Assembly (NCBI GenBank): GCA_964016885.1
Contig: OZ024743.1
Coordinates: 78,492,001-78,556,000, forward strand
Reading direction: 5' to 3'
DNA length: 64,000 bases
From: Eledone cirrhosa
Lineage: Eukaryota
In this document: in pieces, positions 52,195 through 64,000 of the stretch
How the letters are laid out: each line of letters begins with the position of its first letter
Numbering within the stretch: position 1 is the first letter of the stretch
Position numbers and translations under genes: made by a program
The notes under the pieces: model-generated
What the model was told of the DNA's origin: nothing
Databases searched by the model: none
The model's input: only the letters and a program-made list of their open reading frames with translations

Positions 52195-53445
52195 TCCATG
52201 AGCCTTGCCCTCCTTGATCTTTTTCTTGGCTCTCTGAAGCTCCACTCTGGTGAAGGGCTCTGTCTCAATATCCAGTTCTTCAAACAGCCGCCTGATCTCC
52301 CCAGTGCTCTGGGCTGTGGAGGGTGGCTCTCCTAGTAGGGTCCTAAAATAGTCTAGCCATTTCTTCTTCCTATCCTCGGGCCCCGTTCCCTGGATCTGAC
52401 TCGAACACCTTAACTTCCTCCCTGTGATCTCGTTGATGATCATCCAGTTCTCCTTACATCCAGACCTGTCAACCGCTCTCTCCACACTTCTGATCTCTCT
52501 ATCAGTGCCTCATCTCTGGCCTCAGTGTAAGCAGTACAGAGTTCTTCCCTCATCACCTCCACAGTCTCCATCCTCTCCTCTGTAGGATCAGCATAGAATT
52601 GGTCCTTGGCAGCTTTCAGGTGTTCTCTGGCTGCACACACTTTTGGGTTTGCAGAGCTGACGTGCTTCCTTTTGTTCTTTCTCCTCGGCACCAGGGTTTC
52701 ACTTGCTTCCGCCACTGCATTGGTGAAGTGCCCGTACCTCCTCGTCACACTCTCCTCAGTCCATCGAATCTCTCTCTCCTCTGTCTCTCCACACAGAGTA
52801 CTGAACCTGTTCCTCACTTCCATTGTGAACCTCTCCTGTAGCTTATCATCTTCCTTGAAAGCTCCCCAGTCATAGATTGCCATCCGGGGCTGAGCCTTGC
52901 TCTTTCATAAGCTCACCCTGACCTCACTCATAACATGAGGACTTCCTGTATTTGGGAGCAAAGATTGGGAATACGGAAGATGATGTGGTTGAGAGGACGA
53001 GCAAAGCCACAGCTTGAGATCGGTGTGGAAGTCGGACCTTCGTAATACCTAAAAATCCGCCTCTTCATTGCTGTAGTGGAGTCTGTGCTGCTGTAATCGT
53101 CTGAGACTTGGAAACTTACCAAGAAACTACTCAGATGGTGGATGGGTGCTACACGAGAATGCTGAGGATGGCTCTGAACATTAATCAGTATACACCGAGG
53201 ATGAAAAACTCAGAGCTGTATAGGAGCCTCCCAAAAGTCAGCTCAAAAGTGACACAGAGGAGACTGAGGTTAGCTGGACATGCTCACCGACATCCAGAGT
53301 TGACATTGCACTCAGTGTTCCTGTGGGAGCCCCTACATGGACACACTGAAAGAGGAAGACCAAGGTTAACGTATGTTGATGCCCTAAGGACAGACGCTGG
53401 TCTGTTGGATACGCAGAACACAGCGATAATGAGGGACAGAGACCG
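52191..53445. mobile_element. RTE-like LINE fragment with internal inversion
   Basis: 52191-52925 minus encodes the EN-RT linker (EVRNRF..L, W..INEITGR, EL..A.K..K.GKA.G); about 52930-53445 plus encodes the C-terminus (VESVLL..ETW, RRLRLAGH..RH, RGRP..TYVD). Confidence 0.8.
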
Positions 53446-53586
53446 TGTTTTACTATAAAACGTTGTCCATCTTTGAAATAGAATTCCGAACCCACTATTA
53501 GGTTGATGCAACTGTGGCATTTGCATCAACCCAATAGAGGGTTCGGAATTCTATTTCAAAGATGGACAACGTTTTATAGTAAAACA
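53443..53586. repeat. Fold-back hairpin at the 5' truncation point of a PLE fragment
   Basis: gtgttttactataaaacgttg...gatgcaa / ttgcatc...caacgttttatagtaaaacac. Confidence 0.88.
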
Positions 53587-53896
53587 CAATTTCACATGTG
53601 CATCGGAAAATCTAATATATGTATTAACTTGTTCAGGTTGTCGAGAACAATACATAGGCCAGACCAAAAACAGCCTCCGCCAACGCATGACTGTCCATAG
53701 ATCCCAAATTAAAATACGGGAATACAGGAAAATACCACTGAGTGAACACATTGATACCTGTGCCGCCCCAAATCATCCCAACTTCAGAATCTTTCCCCTC
53801 TACAAATTTAAAGATAATGCCACCCACACCCAGCGCATCAGCAAGGAATCTTACTTCATTAACAAATACGGACCCCGTCTAAACACTTCTCCCTAA
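53513..53896 (+). pseudogene. GIY-YIG endonuclease of a Neptune-like PLE, 5'-truncated
   Basis: Manual translation CGIC..FTCASENLIYVLTCSGCREQYIGQTKNSLRQRMTVHR..KESYFINKYGPRLN. Confidence 0.85.
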
Positions 53897-54373
53897 GACG
53901 AACCCACAACATACACACGTCAACATACATACCTACATCAGCACACATCTCTACCCACATATAAACACAATGACACACGTAAACACACATGCTCTATGGT
54001 GCAATACAAAAAAATATATGTGCATATATATGTATGTATATATGTATATATATATATATATATGTAGTGAATATATGTATGTGTGTATATATATATATAG
54101 TGAATATCATTTCACACCTTTTATTGTTAAGATTTTTGATGTTCTATTAAGAGAACCGACTTTACTGAAAAAATCGAATAATGTACACCATTTTACCAGG
54201 GGGAAAAAATACTGGTCTACCCACACACACACACACACATATATATACACAAACACATACACACGCGTACATCAACATACAAAGAGACTTATACACACAC
54301 ACACACACACACACGCACTTCTCCGTATAAGACAAAAGCTGAAAAATATCTTTTGACCTTCGAATGACCCTGC

Positions 54374-54466
<93 letters not shown>

Positions 54467-54789
54467 ATCTTAATAGCCATTTCACACACATCGCTGCTGG
54501 CCATTGTCGCAGCATCGAACACCTTATTACTACTACTACTACTACACACACACACACACATATATACACACACACACATATTTGTTGTGAAAGAGTCATT
54601 TCTCAATCTTGGCGCAAAACCAATTTTTTATCCACATGATCTCTACCGACCAATCAAAATTGTTTTGACCACAAGCATTTTTGCAACACAAAAATAACGC
54701 TGGAGCCACTTTTTTAACATAAAAACAGGTAGAATTCCCAAAACTAATCAGATCAGAGCAAACAGCACGGACACTCTATCTCAAAATTA

Positions 54790-54826
54790 TTTTTGAAAAG
54801 CATTTAGAAATGCGCAACCGGTAAAA
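54790..54826 (+). ncRNA. Degenerate U3-A8 hammerhead (GAAA changed to GCAA)
   Basis: ttt-TTGAAAA-gcattt-ag-aaatgc-GCAA-ccgg-TA-aaa; same layout as 46911. Confidence 0.45.
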
Positions 54827-54983
54827 ACTTAAAAACTTAAAACCACAACTGAATACTAACCCATACAATCACTAATACTCTTTTATTCCTAATTAAACCA
54901 TTTTTCAACTGTGAACAATTTGTCAGCATTTTCTATTCCGTTTACCAATATATAATAACTTGTGTGTTACACCTCTATTCTTT

Positions 54984-55053
<70 letters not shown>

Positions 55054-55058
<5 letters not shown>

Positions 55059-55592
55059 TTGCGAGATTTTTTATATGAAATCGTGTGTCGAAACAAATAT
55101 TGTTATACTTGGGGAGGGTCATATTGTTGTAATAATATTGCCAGAAATAATTGTTTCTACTTTAGGCACAAGGCCAGCAATTACCCAGTGCATTACTGGT
55201 ACATTATTTTATCGACCCCGTAAAGATGAAAGGCAAAGTCAACCTCGGCAGGATTTGAACTCAGATCGTAAAGGGACGTAACTATGCTGGAAAGCATGGC
55301 GTCCGACCCTCTACCGATACTGCCAATTCACCGCCCTTTTGCCAGAAATAATAACAGAACACACTCAGTGTCTGGTTGGTTTTCGCTTCTGTATCTTTTA
55401 TATCTCCACAGTTAATTCATTCGGTCTTCAAAATTTACCATTGACTGACCAACGGTAAAAAATACAGATATAATATAGATATAAACACATATATATAGTC
55501 CAACAAAGTTCTTTCGTTGCACATCTGCAACATCGTCAGTGGTGCTATTATGTACCTTCTGTTGTATTGTATATCTACGCCATCTTTATTAT
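55054..55592 (-). mobile_element. PLE 3' terminus (family of 35080-35345) with HHR-like motif at 55504-55544, interrupted by a SINE
   Basis: Homology to 34720-35020 and 35080-35360. Confidence 0.75.
55152..55338 (-). mobile_element. SINE family A with 14-bp target-site duplication
   Basis: ttgccagaaataat at 55138-55151 and 55339-55352. Confidence 0.92.
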
Positions 55593-55837
55593 TCCGAGGA
55601 TCTGGACGTGTTTGGTGCTCGACACCACCACGTGACGTCATCGACGTAAGCCGACACGGATCTCCCGCATTGCAGTTCGCGAGGGACCCTCCTCATGGTC
55701 TCCAATTAGCACGATATGTTTTGTCTTCATTACGTTCATTGAGTAGCAACGCGCGTTTCCCTATTGATCAGCTCAAGGTTCGATCTGTATCGATCTAGCC
55801 CGACTCTGGAATGAAAAGCTCGTCGGACTTCTGTTGC

Positions 55838-55912
55838 GTGGTAAGGAACCAGGTGGACCATAACGCACCAGAGTAATCAATACTGAGGGTAGTAGAGTGG
55901 GTAATAGGAACA
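55838..55912 (-). mobile_element. PLE extreme 3' tail fragment
   Basis: Matches 40842-40915. Confidence 0.75.
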
Positions 55913-55916
55913 TTTT

Positions 55917-55962
<46 letters not shown>

Positions 55963-55974
55963 GTGTGTGTATGT

Positions 55975-56023
55975 GCTTCCTGATGATTTCCTACGAATGA
56001 AACAGTTCTAGTCATGTAGAAGC
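55975..56023 (+). ncRNA. Type I hammerhead ribozyme (family of 18536)
   Basis: gcttc-CTGATGA-tttc-ctac-gaat-GAAA-ca...tg-TA-gaagc. Confidence 0.72.
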
Positions 56024-56115
56024 CATTTCTATATATATATATATATAATAATAAAAAATATATATATATATAAAAAAAAAAAATTTTTTCTCTCTACATG
56101 GCTGAATACAATTAA

Positions 56116-56307
56116 TGTAATCTGATTTTTTCGAATATTAATAACAACATTCGATTCGTTTGCAATTATGCAAAACAAGCCTCATTTTTAACGCCATGTC
56201 AGAAAGAATGAAGGGTTCATTCTGCTGACATGGCTTTAAAAATGAGGCTTGTTTGCATAATTGCAAACGAATCGAATGTTATTAATATTCGAAAAACTGA
56301 GATTACA
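56116..56307. repeat. Imperfect fold-back hairpin, ~90-bp arms
   Basis: ttcgaatattaataac..ttcgattcgtttgcaattatgc / gcataattgcaaacgaatcgaa..gttattaatattcgaa; related piece at 30930-30995. Confidence 0.85.
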
Positions 56308-56357
56308 GTTCCATGGACTGAGTGCTCTACCACTACAGATATTACCTTCCAGTGTAC

Positions 56358-56500
<143 letters not shown>

Positions 56501-56586
56501 ATTCCGAATTCAATCGGGGGTAACCACAGTAAGTAAGGTACTCAATACATAGAAGAGTATATGTGTGTGTGCATATATATATATAT

Positions 56587-58981
56587 AAGGATACACCTAA
56601 CAACTTTGACAGAACTATGGGATCTCGTGACTCGGCGCAGGTTACTGATTTGGTGTGTCTATATCTCTTAAATGAAATTCATAAGAATCTACCCTACCTC
56701 AATCGTGGTTTATACCGCAATGATGCACTACTACTTATTGACTATAAAAAATTTAATATAGAAAGAACTATGAAATTTTTACCTATAAAATCACCTAGTT
56801 TCAACATTATTTCTCACAATATGGCCATGAAGAAAAGTAATAAAAATGCTAGCAACCCTAACTCTAGTACGAAGGGTAATATCAAACTTAACTCGCACCA
56901 GAATATACACCCCAATAATAATAATATAAACAGAAATATAAACAATACCTCAAATAACATTACAAAAAACAAAAATAGAAGAACTAATACATTTTTCAAT
57001 CCCCATTTCAATCTAAACATCTCTACCAACTTGCCTAAGGCTTTCTTCTCAATCTTAGAAAAATACTTTCCAGTCGGCCACAAATACCATTATCTTATCA
57101 ATAAAAATACCATTAAAATCTCTTACTCTACCACACCTAACATCACGTACCATATAGCTAGTAGTAATTAAAGGAAGATTAATAATTATTTCCAACTAAT
57201 TAAATCGCAACAGGGGGTGAACTTACATAACAACATAGTACCAGAGAATTCTAGTAGCAATAATATTAATAGCACTAATGAAATTAATAACAATGAGAAT
57301 GATAATCATCATTACCCTAATGCTATCCCTAACAACCATGCATCTACACGCTCTATTAACCAGCAAGTAAACAACCAGAATAACTGTAACTGTAGAACAA
57401 ATAGAACTTGCCCCTTAGGAAAAAATTGCTTAATCAAAGACATCATTTACTCATGCACAGTCAATACAAACACAACTTCAAAAACATAGATCGGTTCTAC
57501 TTCGAACTGCTTCAAGACGAGATATAACTCGCATCTCCACACTTTCAAAAATCGCAATCTAGCCAAATCCACTTCTTTATCTAACTACATACACTCTCTG
57601 AAAACTAAGAATAGACCTTATACACTTCAATGGGAAGTAATAGATAAGGCCGCATCGTATAAACCACCGAATAAATTATGTAACCTCTGTCTTCTAGAGA
57701 CCCGCACTATAATCTATTCTAAGCTAAACCTCTTAAATAGAAAATCAGAAATTATTTCCATCTGCCAACACCACCACCTCTTTCCAACTTTAAACCTAGC
57801 TGCTAGCATATAACAATGTCAGATCTGGATTCCTCACCACCATTAACACTTTACCTCTAGGTTTATACAGCATATAATTACCCCCCCCCCCCCACAACAT
57901 CACATTCTATGATCAGCTCATTCCTCTACTTACCTCCTATTTATCTCAAATCTTATACTCTACAATAACTATTAGGAATAAACATAAAGTTACCACCATT
58001 TAATATAATTACTATAACTTACTAATATTTTATTCATTTAATTAATATATGGGTAGGTAGTGATAAAATGAGACCTTTAATGTATTATAGGAAAAATTGT
58101 ATTTAAAATTAAATATATAAATTTAAAAATAAATAGCATTATATAAAAGGATTCACTTATAACATAATATATTGTATATTAACACATAGAGAATTGGAGT
58201 TGTAAACAACTATACATTTTTTTCTTATATACAAATTAATCGCCAATTACCTCCCCTTTCACATTAGCTCCCCTTAATATAGATCTCTAAATCACTTCCT
58301 GAAATTAAACCGTTAGACAGATCACCCTAGAACAACTCGAACCCTTGATAAGATTGTAATAGGACCAATATACAATCCATAGTTATATCTACTGATAAAC
58401 ATTTACTAAAATATAACCAATGTAATGGAAAGGAAGTCCTTGATATTAATACATGCACATTTGAACATTACCGGAACAATTATCTCATTACATCCACCAT
58501 AAACTTCATAGAAACTGCTTTTCATACCCAAGCATCTCTGTCTGATTAATATGCTTTTGTACCTGTATTGTATTGTGATATCTTTGCCATACTGTGATAT
58601 ATATTCTTAGTACCATTGCTTGTTTCTTACCTGGTTATTCTGTACATGCCTACCACATCTGCACTCTTTCTATACGTTTGCATATGTACTTCTAATGTCC
58701 TTGTTTTGCGAGTAACTTTCTTCTTTAATTCCTCTATAATTATTGTATTATTCTTTTATAATCTTTGTCGCATCCACTGATACTGACCACATCATCTTCA
58801 CTCTTTAAATATGACACTGTTAATGACAATACTAACATATATGTATCTGTACGATTGTTCTGTGGAATAGGAGGTTAATTATATGCCTAAACTTTGCTAG
58901 TGCTCCGATGATTCCAAACGAAAGTTTGGAAGAAACGATTGTCAGCAATAAAATGTTTTGAACATTGTTTTGATTATTCTG

Positions 58982-58985
<4 letters not shown>
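56587..58985 (+). mobile_element. Degraded Penelope-like element (RT remnant with deletion, GIY-YIG with stops, 3' UTR, HHR)
   Basis: FDRTMGSRDSAQV, GLYRND, FFNP.F, INKNTIKISYSTTPN, CNCR..CPL, IIY..T*IGST..FKTRYNSH. Confidence 0.85.
58901..58947 (+). ncRNA. Type I hammerhead, U4C variant
   Basis: tgct-CCGATGA-ttccaaac-gaaa-gtttggaa-GAAA-cgattg-TC-agca. Confidence 0.72.
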
Positions 58986-59039
<54 letters not shown>

Positions 59040-59500
59040 ATTAAACCAGTTAGACCATTATTATAATATACTATATTAGAAAGAGTCGGGCTGGAACTAG
59101 CTGTTGAAACGGCAAGTTCTCAGCCGTCGGGCTCCGACTATTTCTAATGTATATATTAGGATTGTAATGTCAGTAAAATCCTCCTTCCCCTGAACACCCA
59201 ATCTAGCAGACACTTTAGTAAACACCAATAGGACCGAAATACGGAAACATAAACAAGAACACAAACCAGCCATTAACACAACACAAAACAACACCACACA
59301 GTTAATACGCAACAATGTTCAACAACAAGACAACTCCAACCAGAATAAGACTAACCAGCAACATACCAGTAATGTAATGGCTCTTAGGTGCCAGAGGAAT
59401 GACCATATAGTTGATGTATATCCACCACTGTTTCTGTAGTAATTTTATTTGTATTGACATTTCTGCGTGAATTTATAAAATGACAAGTCAGTCAATCATA

Positions 59501-59805
59501 TTAGTGGCCTCCCCACAGCCCCGGCGGACAGCAAATAGAGAAGACGTTTCCCCGGAGGACGGTAAGGGAGACGCGCTGGAAAAGCCATTCCAACTCGCGA
59601 GGCTCACACCTGCGGCTGGCCAGCTCCGCGTCTATGGTGGTGAGTAGGGAGGTAGCCCTAGGGCTGAGGACACCTGAAGTCTCCACTTCCAAGGGTACAA
59701 CCGCAAACCTGTCGGAGAGCGACCGAAATTTGGAGAGTTTGGCCTCCTCAGCCCGACGTGCAGCCGAACCTCGGTTAGTCGCAGACTGCACCAAGTTGCG
59801 GCTGG
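59501..59805 (-). mobile_element. CRE-like retrotransposon 3' fragment
   Basis: Homologous to 18955-19268. Confidence 0.8.
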
Positions 59806-60081
59806 GATATAGTTAGTGTAGCAACTAACTATCTATTTATATTTATTTCGCACACAAGCCACAGTCCTTAATCCAATTTTTCTAGTACCACAAACCCCTT
59901 TACTACATATCATTTACATATTAACCACATCACAGAAAACCTTAGACCCTCTAATTCTCATAGTATTCTCATACTAACTTAGGTTTAATTTACTATTATT
60001 TGTTGTTATTTTCGTTTCTCTCTAACTAACCTCTGACCAACAGAAACCTCACCCCACTTTAGTACAGCACCGCACCCCTTC

Positions 60082-60129
<48 letters not shown>

Positions 60130-60430
60130 ACATTAATAAAGCTGGTGATGTTACATAAATCGCTTATGCATTATGATTATTTCAATGGTTCTCCCATGCA
60201 TTTGTTGTTACGAAAACGGTATCCTCAGATGAAATTCGATTTTGTAATATGCCACCGAGAGGAAAAAATCACGTCCTTTTGCTCATGCATCCAGCAGACA
60301 TATGTCTACTGGGCACACGAGCAAAAGGACCTTTGGTTACTTGCATTATTGTTCATACAGGTATGAATATACTTCAACTGCTTACTACAAAGTCTAGTAT
60401 GTAATTTAATTAGCAACCGCCGTAATAGTA

Positions 60431-60722
60431 GAGGTGCATTGCCTAGTGGTAAGGGTGTTGGACTTACGATCATAATGTCGTGGGTTCGATTCCTGAGTTG
60501 GGTTGTCTTTTATGTTCTTGAGCCCGTTGCCCCACTATACTCAGCTGAAAATAAGTGCCAACAATAGCTGGAGGTTTAAGGCTGAGATGGACTTGTGTCC
60601 TGTCCAGGGAGAAGTCATGTACTCTCAGCTGCTTCACACCACGAAATCGGGATAAGCACCGGTCTGATGGGCCTCCTGACATGCGACAGACTTTAATCTT
60701 ATGATGGACTGGCGTCCTTAAA
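60431..60722 (+). mobile_element. SINE family B (tRNA-derived)
   Basis: A-box-like ttgcctagtgg, B-box gggttcgattcc, tgttcttgagc. Confidence 0.7.
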
Positions 60723-60777
60723 CAATGGCGCCAGCTTTTCACTTTTGGTTATTCCTTGTAAAATTACAAGAGAAATA

Positions 60778-62319
60778 ACACCACCCACACCACTTCCACC
60801 CCATCACCAACACCACTAGCATCACTCCCACCCCCACCAACACCACTAGCATCACGTCCACCCCGCCACCAACATCACCTCCACCCCACCACCAACATCT
60901 CCCCACCACCACCATCACCCACCACCACCACCAACACCCTCATCACCAATACCACCACCGACACCACCCTCACTACCAACACCACTAGCACCAACAACAA
61001 CACCACCACCACCAGCACCACCACCATCACCCACCACCACCACTAACACCACCACCATTAGCACCACTAACACCACCAACAACAACAACATCAACACCAC
61101 CACCACCACCACCAACACCACCATCACCACCACTACCACTACAACTACCAAAACCACCAACACCATCACCACCAACACCACCACTAACACCACTAACACC
61201 ACGACGACCACCACCACCAACACCACTAACACGACCAACAACAACACCACCACCAACAACAACAACACCACTAACACCACCACCACCACTAACACCACTA
61301 ACACCACCAACAACATCAACAACACCACCAGCAACAACAACAACAACACCACCACCACAATCACCACCACTAACACCACTAACACCACCAACAACATCAA
61401 CAACACCACCACCAACAACAACAACACCACCACCATCAGCACCAACAACAACACCACCACCACCAACAACAACAACACCACTAACACCACCACCACCACC
61501 ACCACCACCACCACCACTAACACCACCACCAACAACATCAACAACTCCACCACCAACAACAACAATACCACCACCACCACCACCACTACCACCACCAACA
61601 CCACCACCAACACAATCACCACCACCACCACCATCACCACTAACACCACTAACACCACCAACAACAACATCAACAACACCACCACCTACAACCCCCCCCC
61701 CCCCCCCCCCCCCACCACTACCACCACCACCACCACCACCACCATCGCCACCATCATCACCTCCATCACCACCACCACCACCAACACCTCCAACACCACC
61801 ACCACCGCCACCACCACCACCACCAACACCTCCAACACCACCACCACCGCCACCACCACCACCACCACCACAACCTCCACCACCACCGCCACCAACAACA
61901 ACACCACCACCACAACCACCACCACCACCAACACCACCAACAACAACACCACCAGTAATAACACCACCACCAACACCACCACCACCACCACACCACCACC
62001 AACAACAACAACAACAACACCAACAACACCACCACCACCAACAACAACACCACCACCACCACCACACCCACCACCACCACCACCACCACCACCACCACCA
62101 TCACCACCACCACCACCACCACCACCACCACCAACAACAACAACACCACCACCAACAAAAATAACAACACCAACACCACCACCACCACCACAACCACCAC
62201 CACCAACAACAACAACAACACCCAACAACAACAACAACACCACCAACAACAACAACAACACCACCACCACCACCAACACCACCACCACCACCACCACCAC
62301 CAACACCACCACCACCACC

Positions 62320-62350
<31 letters not shown>

Positions 62351-62590
62351 CCACCACCAACAAAAATAACAACAACACCAACACCACCACCACCACCACC
62401 ACCAACAACAACACCACCACCACCACCACCACCACCACAACCACCACCACCAACAACAACAACACCCAACAACAACAACAACACCACCACCAACAACAAC
62501 ACCACCACCACCACCACCAACACCACCACCACCACCACCACCAACACCACCACCAACACCACCACCACCACCACCACCACCAACACCACC

Positions 62591-62621
<31 letters not shown>

Positions 62622-62640
62622 GCAGCAGTAATAACAACAC
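60778..62640. repeat. 1.9-kb (CCA/CAA/CTA)n trinucleotide repeat
   Basis: Direct reading. Confidence 0.95.
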
Positions 62641-62801
62641 TGCTATGAATGGTGGTATTACGTTACGAGAAAGAACCATTCTGAAATATAATGAAAACAC
62701 TTATGAGAGGCAAGAATGTCACAATTGAAACCTATGACAGAATTAAGCAAAGAAATCTAAGACACCAGCAGCAGCATTTTTACGAGAGTATCACAATATA
62801 T

Positions 62802-62851
<50 letters not shown>

Positions 62852-63329
62852 TTATGTATATATGTGTATATATTTGTATAATGTATATATTATATGCATG
62901 GGTGTGTGCATTCTCTAGCAATAAATTCTGTTCCAATGTTGAGTATGGGTAGTAGTTTACCGTTTTACTCTCCATTGCTGCTTCTTGGCTTTCTACTAAT
63001 ATTTTCTATTGAGAAAATCACACAAACGGCTCAAGACTTGCACATTGATAAGGTGAGAAAATTATACAAATATTATATATCATATATAGTTACACACTCA
63101 CATATATCTATATCTATCTATACCCCTCCTCTCTCTCTCTTCCCCCGTCTCTCTCTCTCTGTATATATATATATACATATATATATATATAGATATATAA
63201 TTGAATAAAAAAGAGAGATAAACACAGATATAAACATATATGTGTTCAACTCGAAAGGGAAAAAAACCCTTTCTTTGAGCTATTTAATTGTAAGAGACTA
63301 TTTTGAGTTTCTAACTCAATATATACCTT

Positions 63330-63381
<52 letters not shown>

Positions 63382-63786
63382 TCTCTCACTCTCGCTTTGT
63401 ATCACACTTTCTTAACTTTGTGTTTAATCAGGACCAAAATTATTAACTTCTCGCTCCATTGAGTGCTTTGTGACTGCCAGTATAGCTATCGGAGTATAGC
63501 TATCTGCTATACTGCGGCTACAACTTCGATTTATACCCAATACACACACACACAGATACACACACACACATCATATATAATATAATATATATATATATAT
63601 AATATATATATATTTGGGAAGAGATATATTCGATATGTCTCATATGAAATAATACAGCCAATTTTCCACACAATACATTTAGTTAGCACCCCGAACGCAT
63701 AATTAGGAATATACTCACTTATTTCCTAATGCTTGTTGAGTGAGTTGGAATTTGGCCGGAGTATCGCTAAAAAGCTTTCTCCGATA

Positions 63787-63889
<103 letters not shown>

Positions 63890-63914
63890 TGTAATAAACA
63901 ACATAAGACAATTA

Positions 63915-63988
63915 TTCCATTTACCAAAGGTTTCACGAAGACAGACGAGTTCAACAGACGAGTTCAAATATCGCTCATCAGAATGAAA
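63915..63988 (-). ncRNA. Type I hammerhead ribozyme
   Basis: Minus strand: tttcatt-CTGATGA-gcga...tcgt-GAAA-cc-ttt-gg-TA-aatggaa; loop II holds a 14-nt duplication (acagacgagttcaa x2). Confidence 0.75.
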
Positions 63989-64000
63989 AATGTAATATTT

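Noticed and set aside
58341-58385. TTGATAA followed by a hairpin (U3-A8 HHR?)
   Set aside because: GAAA and stem III are missing
59091-59140. GAAA-cggc..gccg-TC half-hammerheads (also near 39425 and 50300)
   Set aside because: Only the 3' half is present; 5' core truncated, so not called as ribozymes
60915-62700. Gly/Val-rich or mucin-like ORFs
   Set aside because: Trinucleotide repeat, open in several frames; no splice or domain evidence

Overview
Extremely repeat-rich, AT-rich eukaryotic DNA. The SINE set, LINE mix and microsatellite load suggest an octopus-like cephalopod (inference). I found no host protein-coding exon; most ORFs in the track are microsatellite artefacts. The window holds Penelope-like elements (PLEs, RT + GIY-YIG) of several families, fragments of Tx1-like, R4/Dong-like, CRE-like and RTE-like LINEs, about 19 tRNA-derived SINE copies, minisatellites and long microsatellites. 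Three signals stand out. (1) More than 25 type I hammerhead ribozyme (HHR) motifs from over a dozen sequence families, folded by eye, including three unrelated families with a compensatory U3-A8 core (UUGANAA instead of CUGANGA). (2) A near-identical 615-bp tandem array with one such variant HHR per unit, a candidate retrozyme or circular RNA system. (3) A recurring head-to-head inverted architecture of PLE insertions in (TA)n tracts, with three divergent PLE ORFs all starting at nearly the same RT motif. All RNA folds are manual and untested.
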